A stretch of DNA of 64,000 nucleotides, taken from assembly GCA_965644315.1 (NCBI GenBank), contig CBFFRQ010000062.1, forward strand, positions 434,001 to 498,000, in the 5' to 3' direction. The notes under the pieces are model-generated. The model had not been told where the DNA came from and did no database searches. It saw nothing but the letters and a program-made list of their open reading frames with translations. This document shows, in pieces, positions 23,101 through 28,862 of this stretch; the first letter of the stretch is position 1; each line of letters opens with the position of its first letter. A program made the translations under genes and the position numbers. Source of the stretch: Caecitellus pseudoparvulus (Eukaryota; Protista; Bigyra: Bicosoecida).

Positions 23101-25714
23101 CGTTTACAGATGCGAAGACTCCGGTCCCTTCCACAACGCTCAGCAGCATGCATAGTTCATCAAACCCAGCCACACGGAGCAGCACCCACGGGTTCGACCG
23201 TGGCAGCTCAAGCAGGGCAGCCACGCCTAGCATCAAGCGTGGCAGACATGCCGTACGCCGCACACGACGTCCACAGCCGTCATGAGTCAGCAAATTCATG
23301 ATGGCGCGACCCTGTGACTTCCCTTCTTGTGCAGCCCACCAATGGCGTGACAGACGACCAGCAACAGCCGCAGCGAAGATGGTGTACGCCCATGGAAGAC
23401 AGCCTGCCTCAGACTGCACCTGGACCTTCTCAGCGGCATGCAGAGACCTCATTGCCTCTCCATCCACTCCAGCATGCTCGTGCGATCCCGCACACTTGCA
23501 GATTGTCTGGCAGCTGGTGTCCAGTACTCGGGCCAGCTCCGTTTCGAAGGTCCCAGACTGTGCTGCGCTTGTGGATGGCGTGAACACCTCCCGTGACAGC
23601 TCCACCACACGCTCGGACAGCAACAGCAAGTGTGTCGCGGTGAGAATGCGGTTGCTGAACCGTGAGCGAGCGGGGGCGCGCCGTGTGTCGGGAGGGAGGT
23701 TGGCCTCAGCACTGGCCAGCCAGGTCTCCAGGCACAGAAGCAAGCACTGCTGCTTGGATGGCGGGTCTTGTCCACGGGAGCACGTGGCCGCAACGACCAG
23801 CCCTGCACCTGCTGCGAAAGCCACCAAGTCCCCGCCAGCACCGGAGCGAGCCTCGTACACACAGCAGTAGCTGTAGAAGTGCCACATCCACTGTCCAACG
23901 AGGGCACAACTTTCCTCCAACGTGGGATACCGACTGGCCACCTGAATGGCCGAAGCAGGCGTCATTCCTACCATGTTACTGGGCTGCGCGGCAGACTCGC
24001 CAACAGCCGTCGCAAGCCTGTCATACCAGGCCTCCTGCTGCCAGGCCTCGGCGCTGCCGCCAGCCCCAAGCCAGGTGTCCATTTCACGAACGAAGTTGGC
24101 CACGTGGTCTTCAGGGACACCGAGGTGTGCCCCCTGCAGCATGTCACGAAAGACTCCGTCATAGGCTTCAACCTGTGGAGCTGCTGACCCTGGACCCACA
24201 TCCACAGCAGCACCTTCAGCTGCAGCATGGCCTCCACCTCGGCTCCGGGCCAGAGATTGCCCTAGCCCTTGCAGAGCCTCGGCCAAACACACCACGTCGT
24301 CGCGTGCAAGGGCACCCAGTCTGAATACGGATGCGACGAGCCTGCGCATGTACTTCACTCGAGACTCGGTGCCCGAGCAGAGCAAGATGCCCACGTAGGC
24401 GGGTTCAGCCAGCAGAGCCTGCAGCTCAGCCCACTGGACCCGCAAAGTCTGTCCAGCACTCCAGGCAGCCTGGAAGCGCTGCGCGACAGCAGCAAACACT
24501 GGACGAAGTAGCTCGCCTTCAGGAAGGGAAAGTCTTTGAACACGTGCAAGGGCAAACAGGCAGTCCAAGAACTGTGCTGGCGCCATACCAGCGTGCAGCG
24601 ACATGAAGTCTGCATGTGGTTGTTGCACCATGTACGTTACTGCTTCTTGGCTTGTGATCTGATCCTCGAGCAAACCACTCTTCTCCATGGAGGCGCGCAC
24701 ACAGAAACAAACTAGGGTCACAGCCAGCAGCTGTCGAGGAGTTCGCGACAGCACATGCAAACAAGCCTTTGCTGTTTGTTGCGGAAACACTACGCTGTAC
24801 AACGAAGCATGAAGAGTGCTCAGAATGGCAGGATCAAGTCCAACTGCTTCTGCGACAAGCCTCAGCGCTGCTTCACAGGCGCTGCCATCTGGACCCAGCA
24901 CTAGGGTCTCCATGTTCTGCAGCCACAGAGTGTGTGCAGTTGCTCCAGCCACAGCTGCACCTCGCAGCGTGGACCCATGCTTCCTGGCCAAATCAGACAT
25001 CTGCACTGCAGCAAGCACTGCCGGCAAGATCCTGATGTGCAGCATGAGGTTTCCACTTGTGCTGGGGCGCTGCAGGATGTCACTCAAGAGCTCACCGAGG
25101 GCGAGTGCACTTGAGGCGGTCTCCTCAGACGAAGGGCTATAGTAGCAAGCGTCAAGAGCCCACTTGCAGCGCTGGGAAATGCCGAGTACGGAACTCTGAA
25201 AAGCAGCATCGGGAGCACATGCGGCCTCAAGCCACTCGCAGAGGTCAAGCACTGAGGCATGGGGCTGCTTGGCCTCAGTGGCTAATCCCAAGGCTTGAAG
25301 GACAGACCTCCATGTGCTTGTGCCACCCGCCGTTGTGCCGACATCTTGCGTTGAAGGTGTACTAGTGCGGCCGCCTTCCTTCCTCGCATGCTTCCATCCT
25401 TTCCCAACGCGAAACGACCACAAACCATCCGCTGTCTGCCACTTGTAATTCTTCAGTGCTAGAGGACCATACACTGACTCTAGCTGCTGAGTCAAGCGCC
25501 CTGTTCGTGGGTCGATGGCGGTGGAGGTCTTGGAGCCGATGTACGCGTTCAGTTCATCGCAGAAGTTGAAGACTTCCTTGCTGCTTCCTGATCTCCATGA
25601 TACTGAGTACAGGACACGTCCATGTGCATTAAGGAACCTTCCTCGAGTCTGGTCGAAGCGCACGCCACGTTGAAATCCGACTGCTTTGCGGCGAGGAGCA
25701 GCGGCCCAGGCCAT
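8153..25714 (-). CDS. Giant RNF213/mysterin-like dynein-type AAA+ ATPase with putative Rcat-like E3 motif (copy A, ~5,853 aa from ATG 25714)
   Basis: A single 17.5-kb ORF carries RNF213-type motifs in order: GGPGSGKS, AGDTGVCKS, FVDELNT, FVGAINP, VSLRDLVRC, GPPGCGKT, YQCSEVTT, VVIDEAGL, LKALHDVLE, SNSTLDAAKTNR, FHLRDF, SDFPDD, LYDVFNRYY, VHPAFKVVV and PLLNRFSK. ATG 25714 follows a CGCAG acceptor conserved in copy B. Confidence 0.88.
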   Translation of the reverse strand: MAWAAAPRRKAVGFQRGVRFDQTRGRFLNAHGRVLYSVSWRSGSSKEVFNFCDELNAYIGSKTSTAIDPRTGRLTQQLESVYGPLALKNYKWQTADGLWSFRVGKGWKHARKEGGRTSTPSTQDVGTTAGGTSTWRSVLQALGLATEAKQPHASVLDLCEWLEAACAPDAAFQSSVLGISQRCKWALDACYYSPSSEETASSALALGELLSDILQRPSTSGNLMLHIRILPAVLAAVQMSDLARKHGSTLRGAAVAGATAHTLWLQNMETLVLGPDGSACEAALRLVAEAVGLDPAILSTLHASLYSVVFPQQTAKACLHVLSRTPRQLLAVTLVCFCVRASMEKSGLLEDQITSQEAVTYMVQQPHADFMSLHAGMAPAQFLDCLFALARVQRLSLPEGELLRPVFAAVAQRFQAAWSAGQTLRVQWAELQALLAEPAYVGILLCSGTESRVKYMRRLVASVFRLGALARDDVVCLAEALQGLGQSLARSRGGGHAAAEGAAVDVGPGSAAPQVEAYDGVFRDMLQGAHLGVPEDHVANFVREMDTWLGAGGSAEAWQQEAWYDRLATAVGESAAQPSNMVGMTPASAIQVASRYPTLEESCALVGQWMWHFYSYCCVYEARSGAGGDLVAFAAGAGLVVAATCSRGQDPPSKQQCLLLCLETWLASAEANLPPDTRRAPARSRFSNRILTATHLLLLSERVVELSREVFTPSTSAAQSGTFETELARVLDTSCQTICKCAGSHEHAGVDGEAMRSLHAAEKVQVQSEAGCLPWAYTIFAAAVAGRLSRHWWAAQEGKSQGRAIMNLLTHDGCGRRVRRTACLPRLMLGVAALLELPRSNPWVLLRVAGFDELCMLLSVVEGTGVFASVNEEFGGKPLPVLNVQRVACQTQDDGDDDGDVESCSLSDVVWIVWDHVQECMDTIEDSLSDNSVTVHDLQTLAEDAKLQRVLGIALTKEDQVPAAVRECMATLANSKEKAQSLRAMALWYSELTLFGAGAGQARDAVPPPDDGSTVRDWLNFVELQQGGVVLSETSFRALKHFMDHKSVLFRDRLVREAITRRLAGQRHTGRGWDAAIEAVLEGLKKLLNMGDQKVSELGRSGTQGMGGGDDLPRGAHFGRELAAISSFFNDDQGGSSSDRPSVFQTQVANVRQATELLRMQDTLGAFREALGVLGCRDVEVACAPIRRAQSAKVSQVKAALANISAELGGLDLAIMQVIAALPSMSDFMQYLDEHSEDYAGQFELALQASTADTHLQGLLRHLPPLRQLAEAVLPARQASPLARGGMAAEGARAAQVSIVDLVRAVDGVITSRASREDASGSGARSTRGAVAEALVGEIKALVDNWERVASALQRANRDAANSNLLLLHREISGTGQFVSILDETGHRSGISLSYAIGGETSGTRVPWTPDQLLENITNAQVVGESGDDDGDAVQHILAAYDLAEEAHKVHLELASAGHPEYQPGGAAVPLNEVDTDSTESIVDKVRNRLELLEAQLDAWRGGTEEALYDCPALSALTPKLLLGLSQALQGFAGTQYEPRKAVQALLPYAMLCYPATDALAQQAMCEKLEAQATGGFDEVARCLPWAAGVLARAMDVGAVPEDAGAVSVVLLRGKSLHHMCHKALEHHASVGVPLHPSQLYRCDADATVADIEWLGRMLCSKAPFAPAVYCLGVDRLSAVARDALNRCLQSPDLSVEVYLLFGDVVGMRQFVAPAADTWWKKEPVPASVNQLRSLSWAAQHQAAGARHVSGADLVAGGPGSGKSFHISRSCEADGAKLIRVPVHEGFTVSHLIQQYKEVVQGLGESGGRVWMHFDVFEQADVGQLSQCLFDMFSLGLLRDMQSGEACVLDCSVQLHVAMELPALGKTEFPAREAWPSAGAGGGVRAASHPLLAELDGHLAVKWRDSMRVVNMGDLHMDPTLRLCAVGLGLHMHAQGCGGDACRCLADACAEIRSSKFLPSMEGLADRLGDEALRDILAVALAEHPFLRGAADVNLRLVVQMAKLLETRLKYLQTMSDTAKKNPSQSSIRHECAKASFWYEMLSFMIYEVATTCGMFHGGLRVATIRPTKVKSSEPVGGVFDFRVLVVYPSSCTLQEAKTLMRTLSLAPGSDNMVTYLSSDAQDGKNGFDMAELRAGIAPAFGMRDTALLRPLLERNNFVLALRDSLRMLELHDWCKSGNSMVLAGDTGVCKSFLVNMYSLLRNSRDDVLFDMSLFLVTALRAFARVNLPRLQARLRQLQLEGRSIEAVSSDIAALSGILRIKGATYEVSPDLTTVEVTNVPPVSPSWEKVELTNDPRVVDLEHVMDVFESHASEELQNKLFDEVPILIQLALRQYPRQAAGIPAAHRERLQQNFNYFHTQGRVADVAELVKHMTETRVTFDAVSSEMEELSKQGQGVGGAGAGAAAAGEAGAAQPAAAGTDTFSQRLDFRVVFKSVFTSETATLYSRVLMHAGMTASKWEAELKRIEATLADAERSVPRARKRDAASAKLTMCVFVDELNTAGDLGIVCEAFTQHSVNGRELPKNLYFVGAINPKATREQLRRQAQGVVNYTPVQGAQAAAGAGQAAPPPAPLERQGSKDGEDGEDAYAPFIVKYLPASMRTMEKAAPDLQTEDEEAFLRMYVEQKAWQLPHVGQVTRGVKEQHARALQGFTQMAARLVLAAQETVRRFELRRIHVSLRDLVRCVDLAAWLLRAGVRTGEKVAGREVSVNPFLPKPSLRTDQGSVQFLRDLLKQSLLVSIAVCYLLRLPSRVEAERVNGHDSYRLAFLAAMDGVGQPDLVHGELQNTLNGAMEHLFSEIKKRPDGLAETAPMQEAVFTASLAVCVTPTFNVLTTGPPGCGKTMAVMIVADNFAGRSSQSAVLRRFPHMQIEHYQCSEVTTSEELQKVYQSAIQRQRIASTPGNATRVCVVIDEAGLPKERRQALKALHDVLEEKDGPPTILLSNSTLDAAKTNRSVHCSQGKVQQKDIVTLGMQLLLKDGSRKLVKELVDGVLTSAHPKYGDTSRQLELVRGICAAFQAESQRDALSGRFFSWFHLRDFVYLCRHIRHRLQDAGLHRLTADVLVGGLRCNMQTVSRIAGDREEFSRLVEAFLLECQLGGLGGGAAHGGAAGQAGGRQYEPAALESLSNLLGQEYEGDPSKAHFRHALVVDRSNCEAGVDMLFDLGILDRGATTVISLSDFPDDQNPTNIAKTLRRVKQAAGSGETALLVNCPQSVFTALYDVFNRYYRSATYKGKKTYYADITIGAMSIPVHVHPAFKVVVHVPLSQLRHMPSPLLNRFSKFVLSARDALRSQLESLPQHIPPCFSGIRYKPGLQAFFHHLEEEVERFAGFVASGHPSLMFQGYTEAETVPALILRLLRQTQSMDTNFEVPSPFRMMDGSGDEGQPASASEAGAAGEEGVVGYSTAAAPDAGAEAGPECIVTKRLLASMERHVDACNAQLLQMARAGAFASGNRNGVFPSRYVTEYVARQEHFSGQRLLHGLLDSVRTAWQRAVSATREPSKSVSSACQFMVFARHSSGVAQLESCGASAAALLGCRVESLASLDLSRHAALEGGIRGGAAADGAAAGAVAPQSAFVYSLSEASSSTGIVDRISDFFELALRVAQQGCIEPNSELPSLVVCANMGSHTASQVNVVRQAIDSCRAVFQTRLRESEACRAWRSIPTPAVVMILYSPLQLASLGAAYNFVPLSSAWENVFVDGIDVVAEGEGGDALGVRPGEQSHKWLAAAMGLPSADGGCDAGQELRASLEDLVLEAARRVTFRHQRAKVEEVRSRGLERVPEFYTASIFVSNGRAGPGTLADIVKARPYLIAALGELLQRFWHQTAQAALRDAADAVVEDGMKGSVLSQIRDGITWLFNKMLPDVLTSLCQDYGLEAIAGLSPNALPDSAAWESAALAVWGAKFASTCLKSVVARQVIRKKALQHSFYPLNLVPQSPWAPSTPCFSSFMEAMTDLLDASRISSGGEPSATLREAVRRLDLPQQAPGSFSFLKPALELLAENEAARKAWFQDFIRITLGFICPAESSVRVQTTSERRLSPKEFELVSFALKGRCATEIERLRGQQEVPLASVLTPVILKTMLANLGVSLQSMLSSLIGVSSDEQLEDFKAEIMRDGVESAAAEIARSAVGKLAEDIDDAVQSEEEWCKWVEQVRTLREFSLRSGQSAEEYFPGTLQVCVVLLVSFEVLCRVPARLRKTVAECLVECQHEYDSMPALDFALLALAQVASLREGPLIEPARDACVAVLVWLSTANSLPASAGALQALVGGLVGHTNATVREMDTAPSVLFGDPECLSLTGRVALLELLCSISEDAADSTREALHTVLAEALPGSRWPMPIEVSTSYTSDIQGDSADGSAAGAPIAYMAHSNEGSQVLRVVGGFFSFQRSAETNALSAQATNLCGDQAGLSGRAWSMYDRVGFMQRCVAFCDDLARCIVHGNVADWCTDEVQACTQWLVQSSPAWASFLFCRIVSHDSGDIATLTKLLARNGVMTSLGLGAWSAVSLASQSTQAQVQAACDAVLAAGEDTRQAKVRELHGVAGLSFSVLINAVSKASFEVQCMLDEQNPRAAQQALSLKLEEVAGQLRHLDLVALHDEPAGSAGAAAQGRDTERPSEFKDVAEVALEVTSTDRGAALRFSKHIPLMLKAYNWCMEEAALLFTDTEANDVTMQVVLRDPRLPAAVRERGLNIVVAFLDAWKELREEFQEFTAVCGRQDAIERPIQDFVLRASEERQREGAVQLRLRDMVKLPQHAGEMSGAAPMRMLRERLCLTQNMILGMEPLARIVRASVDGGVNASCWMLGEAPGVPLSTLAQDLAPQRFLLSGVNGLVKPMHGLSSEETATCLLASVLCSFSVDRGTADAGAAAVETAGSALSDSLAAAVEASAWQQQMLMYSIKTSICPHCGRLAAQSGGCDIARCGRNTEETSDDIARRQEAQRRAGGKTGGCGKKYRFSQNLLPMPKVGELAMERFLPPGYKRGQNMKLPPMPRSKFDLRPTQLAHLLFPFTLAGRATLNFPADDKPLQTRKEVQESVLELPSIPETGGAARESTSPAQTPGVSVPALSAQPGTSQLRNLARLLREDVKAWRERARGEGQAAEQGTQEEPSLGRRVLKIIARQSKGITKKEFVAQLEELLHLARAEVGGDTLPTLQVLMDSQGPTRGKRWNPAFDHLKGSSIEMLPVIVDKTDVPGKQEADLSGEPLPANVQRVIRQGLEDCEVEAAHGSTDSINVTLQCLTSLLGALERVAKDMQKNSPLEFLEAQDGIKGWLGDLQDDTLGTFCLKLFSTDAGAGDQPLQLLHVPSLMRELRRAEGRLFQLMQTASRAQAKRNAQLSQQDTNVAGMYRVRVLFLKKDELSSVDSETKDLPPVGLETDDDTQSDIDVPSTSNRITDPPALPDDIVDSDDDGPILPIHPDGPVPSTVDPAEEAVTQGREAVKSAKVLDADACRFFQTCTPTGGAPDSDGLQGFVDNLSSRIGKVTSKARDALTSMHTLCKPVDVENVIAELKQLNGALLEHRAFLALCSDPDGPMWGDQLLLQPPAALPPAKVTLSVHVQHLQPNATSVESGTASSADFVPVGDDVKRCDWDIAASDSTPLLARVAECLGWSLADIQGNSFVDAVFRADGYDQWQVLPDDNGAALAGLTNLVLALRDTSSCCPQPTFTVSELVQDETPQPWLTPGLFEARVEEVPFADVCDEAGEMSGSALLRVVRGLGMGQHVVVAHEDLNGGWEPIAARNQHAFLPAVLGHVWSGTCRVYVSAVPILRVYKVPTEEGFPFDTTLHDANLQAYTGEVPVHAVPFDVAADADGAAIDAHIKTHVPGHLVCLYDYGEGEWFDGIWGAYKGKEKHGLAVVVAFE

Positions 25715-26206
25715 CCTGCGACGAATGCACAAGGCGAAAAGTGTCTGCAGCTCGCTGCTTGTACACTCTAGACTCTTCATTGTGTCGGTGGACACAAAAC
25801 CACCCTGTGCGATGAGCAGCAATCCGCACCAGCGAATAGCGCCAGTACATGCGATAGCAAAAGCCAGTGCTTGCCACATGCGCAAGATGCACACACTGCC
25901 ACACAAAGCGAGCCGCAGACACGTCCATGTTACACACCTGACTTGGAGCGAGGCAGGTCTACCGAGGGCGCCTCTTCTTGGGCGGCCGGTGGCTGGAGGT
26001 GTTGGTGCGAGTGCAGAGCTTGCACTTCACCTTGCACGCGATGCTGAAGAGCTGCCCTCAAGCCGGACTGATCGTGGTGCCGACCACGAGCAGCACACAA
26101 GTGGGAAAGAAGCCGAGAGCTGTCAGCTTATTCACCCACACTGCTGGTGTGCGGTGAGAGTTTTGAATTGTGGGGACGGAGTGTGGTTTGCGTTCCACCA
26201 CGCCAA
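8153..26206. repeat. Segmental duplication unit A: 8153-8746 and 14474-26206 are homologous to 31903-32496 and 32551-44303
   Basis: Same-orientation sequence match by direct comparison, from the stop codon to ...GCGTTCCACCACGCCAA upstream of the ATG. Confidence 0.95.
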
Positions 26207-26386
26207 CTTCCGACCCCCCCCTTTCTGGGGCGCCACCACCCGTCAAACTGCTGCAAGCAAGAGGGGCCCAACAAATTCCTCAACAGATTGACTGCTATCG
26301 CAACGTCCTCTTCCCTTTCTCCATTGCGCAAGCAGTGCGGTCTGAGTGGAGACGGCCTTGGCGTTTCACACCATCCTCACTTCACC

Positions 26387-28171
26387 ATGACGAAGCCCAG
26401 CGAGGCCCCAAAAGACACAGGCAGTGCTTCGGGCTCAGATCCAGAGTCCACTCAGCCCAAGGCAATTCGCCAGCTTTCCCCTTTGGCAGGTTTGTGGTCT
26501 CCAAGGCCCTCGCTGCGCGTGCGCTGTGTACTGACGTTGCGCGCGTTTCACGCCACAGTCTTGTACCGCAATATTTCGACGCTTGACAAGGCAGCCACCG
26601 CTCGGGATCGCCGCATGGTGTTGCGAGTTCTTCGGCAGACTGCCTATGTGCGGCAGCATGTCTCGATTGGCGAGTTGGTTGAGGCCAGCCGTTGTGTCAC
26701 AGATGCTGTTGTTGCGCCCCTCGTAGCGGCTGTGCTTCAGGCCCTGCCACTCAGCGGGCCTATGTCTGAGACAAAGGTGAGACCTTCTGATGAAGGAAGT
26801 CAACATCATTGCGTTCCATCCAGCACCGCATTTGTGGCTCCCGACGCTCCGTGCCTACAGGTGGATGAAGAAGGTGACGTTTCGCTGTCAGCGGCTGGCG
26901 TTTCAGCTTCCAGTGCGGCTCCTGCAGGTGACAGCGGTGCCCCGTGCGAAACACACGGCCAGCTGGCCAAAGTTGGCAAGCTTCCAGAAGTCAGTCCTGC
27001 TGGCCAGGCGTCTGTGGGGTCCTATTTTCTGTACCTGGGAGTGGCAAGGCTCGTCCATGCTGGCCTGTGGCAGAGTGCCTTTGAGCACGCAGCTGAGGCT
27101 GTGCAGTGGTTGGAGGGGGCGTCAAGTGAGACCTCTGACAACATCAGCGCTCGACTTTACAGTTTGTTGTGCCTTGCGGGAGAGCGGCAGGGCCTGTCCA
27201 GTCAGTTGAGCGGGTTCCTTCTTCGGCAGTACCGCACGGCTTGCCTGCGCCACAACGACATTGTCCAGGCGACCCTATTGAACTTGCTGTTGAGGGGACA
27301 CATGGCCAATGGTGCCTATGATGCTGCTGAAAAGCTTCTGCGGCTGACAGAGTTCCCAGAGTCTGTGTCGAACAATCAGTTCGTGCGGCACTTGTATTAC
27401 TCTGCCCGCATCGCAGCACTGCAAACTGACTATGCGACTGCCCATCAACGAGTGACTCAAGCCCAGCGCAAGGCGCCATCTGGCACAGCAGAAGGATTCC
27501 GCATGGCGGTCGCCAAGCTTGCTGTCGTGGTGCAGCTGTTGCTGGGCGAAGTTCCAGCAAAGTCCACCTTCCACATGCCCCATGCAGGGGGCGTGGGGGA
27601 CGCAGTGACTGTTGCTCTAGCGCCATACTTGGCCATCTCCCAGGCTGTGCGCGTCGGCAACACAGCTGCCTTTGAGCAAGCCGTGTCTGACCACTTGCCT
27701 GCTTTTGTTGCTGACGGCAACTTGAGCCTTGTACGGCGCCTTACACACACCGTGTTGAAGGCTGGCTTGAAGAAGATTTCGCGCTCATATTCGCGCATTG
27801 CCTTCGAAGACATTGCCGCTAAGTTGGGTGTGCCGTCGGCAGTGCACGCTGAGGCTCTGGTCGCCAAGGCGGTGAGGGACGGTGTTATTCAGGGCACGCT
27901 TGATTCTGAGGCCGGCACGTTCACCAGCCAGGACACAGAGGACGTGTACGCGACGACAGCCCCTGCAGAGGCGTTTCACCAGCGCATTCAGTTCCTCTTG
28001 GATGTGAAGACTGACGCGGTGCAGAGCATGCAGTACCCGCCTGACGCGTACCGCAAAGAGGTGGACAAGGCCTCCAAGGCGGCCGCTGAAGCGGAGGCGG
28101 AAGAGGAGGAGATCGCCGATGTTCTGGAGCAAGGGGGTGATTTGGACGACGAAGGGGACGAGTCAGAGTGA
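26387..28171 (+). CDS. PSMD3: 26S proteasome lid subunit Rpn3/PSMD3
   Basis: RQYRTACLRH, ATLLNLLLR, FPESVSNNQFVRHLYY, VVQLLLGEVP, PCI-domain GLKKISRSYSRIAFEDIAAKL and DVYATTAPAEAFHQRIQF. Two likely in-frame introns (26490-26558, 26777-26860). Confidence 0.95.
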   Translation: MTKPSEAPKDTGSASGSDPESTQPKAIRQLSPLAGLWSPRPSLRVRCVLTLRAFHATVLYRNISTLDKAATARDRRMVLRVLRQTAYVRQHVSIGELVEASRCVTDAVVAPLVAAVLQALPLSGPMSETKVRPSDEGSQHHCVPSSTAFVAPDAPCLQVDEEGDVSLSAAGVSASSAAPAGDSGAPCETHGQLAKVGKLPEVSPAGQASVGSYFLYLGVARLVHAGLWQSAFEHAAEAVQWLEGASSETSDNISARLYSLLCLAGERQGLSSQLSGFLLRQYRTACLRHNDIVQATLLNLLLRGHMANGAYDAAEKLLRLTEFPESVSNNQFVRHLYYSARIAALQTDYATAHQRVTQAQRKAPSGTAEGFRMAVAKLAVVVQLLLGEVPAKSTFHMPHAGGVGDAVTVALAPYLAISQAVRVGNTAAFEQAVSDHLPAFVADGNLSLVRRLTHTVLKAGLKKISRSYSRIAFEDIAAKLGVPSAVHAEALVAKAVRDGVIQGTLDSEAGTFTSQDTEDVYATTAPAEAFHQRIQFLLDVKTDAVQSMQYPPDAYRKEVDKASKAAAEAEAEEEEIADVLEQGGDLDDEGDESE

Positions 28172-28233
28172 ATGGTATGTTGTCTGTGTGTCGGACGCGT
28201 TGCGCTCCCGCCCTTTGTCCCGCTTGTGTGATT

Positions 28234-28316
28234 GCACCGTGACGATTCAAACCAGCTACTCTGCATGTGCTGTTTTTGGCAATGCTGACTGAACTTTATT
28301 CATACTGTCTGAGTGC
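28234..28316 (+). ncRNA. Box C/D snoRNA type A, copy 1 (SNORD41/snR51-like D guide plus a second LSU guide)
   Basis: Box C GTGACGA (28239), box D CTGA (28309) and terminal stem GCAC/GTGC. Guide AACCAGCTACT is antisense to LSU AGUAGCUGGUU; guide TATTCATACTG is antisense to the LSU CAGURYGAAUA site. Confidence 0.85.
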
Positions 28317-28338
28317 TCGTGTAATGTGCATGTCTGTC

Positions 28339-28419
28339 TGCAGTGACGATTCAAACCAGCTACTCTGCATGTGCTGTCGCCGGCAATGCTGACTGAACTT
28401 TATTCATACTGTCTGAGCA
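28339..28419 (+). ncRNA. Box C/D snoRNA type A, copy 2
   Basis: Near-identical to copy 1, with the same boxes and guides. It differs only in the D'-C' spacer and has its own TGC/GCA terminal stem. Confidence 0.85.
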
Positions 28420-28438
28420 ACAATGCTGTCCATGTGTT

Positions 28439-28531
28439 GCACCTGTGAAGAGAACTTTATTGGAGCTGTCCGATGTGCGGCCAACGAATGTTGCCGACAC
28501 TGACTGACGATTCTACGCTGTCTTGAGGTGC
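28439..28531 (+). ncRNA. Box C/D snoRNA type B, copy 1
   Basis: Box C GTGAAGA (28445); guide TATTGGAGCTG antisense to SSU CAGCUCCAAUA; D' CCGA; C' TGACTGA; D variant TTGA; terminal stem GCACC/GGTGC. Confidence 0.75.
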
Positions 28532-28545
28532 CCGTGTGCTCGCTC

Positions 28546-28634
28546 GCGCTTGTGAGGAAAATCTTATTGGAGCTGTCTGACTCTTGGTAATCTTATGCCA
28601 AGTTTACCTGACGATTCTACGCTGTCTGAAGCGC
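28546..28634 (+). ncRNA. Box C/D snoRNA type B, copy 2
   Basis: Box C GTGAGGA (28552); same guides as copy 1 (TATTGGAGCTG, GATTCTACGCTG); D' CTGA at 28577; D CTGA at 28626; terminal stem GCGCT/AGCGC. Confidence 0.8.
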
Positions 28635-28862
28635 TTTCGGCGACATGAACTTATCTTTCACCTGTGTCCTTTCGCAGGTTTTCCCCTTTGCAGCCGTGCG
28701 AGAACGCAGGCGCTTCGATGTGAATCCAAGAACACAATCAAATGCAGCATACAACTTACAATTACATGGTCGTCATACTTGGCTCGTCCACCGCACTTCA
28801 GGTGCTGCTGCAGTGTCGGGCAATCCCGAGCCAGCCAGGTGCGGAAATCGACTTGCTCAGCC

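Larger units (their letters stand above)
28175..28677 (+). other. Putative 3'-UTR intron of PSMD3 hosting a snoRNA cluster
   Basis: GTATGT donor 4 nt after the TGA, and a pyrimidine-rich TGTCCTTTCGCAG acceptor at 28677. The interval brackets four C/D snoRNAs. Confidence 0.6.

Noticed and set aside
25715-25906. ORF-track N-terminal 64 aa of the 5,917-aa ORF
   Set aside because: The same frame has TAG and TAA stops in copy B and ends at a conserved splice acceptor, so it is probably intronic.
28234-28634. Repeats that superficially resemble a CRISPR array or satellite
   Set aside because: The context is eukaryotic, the units carry C/D boxes, terminal stems and rRNA antisense guides, and there is no repeat-spacer periodicity or cas gene.
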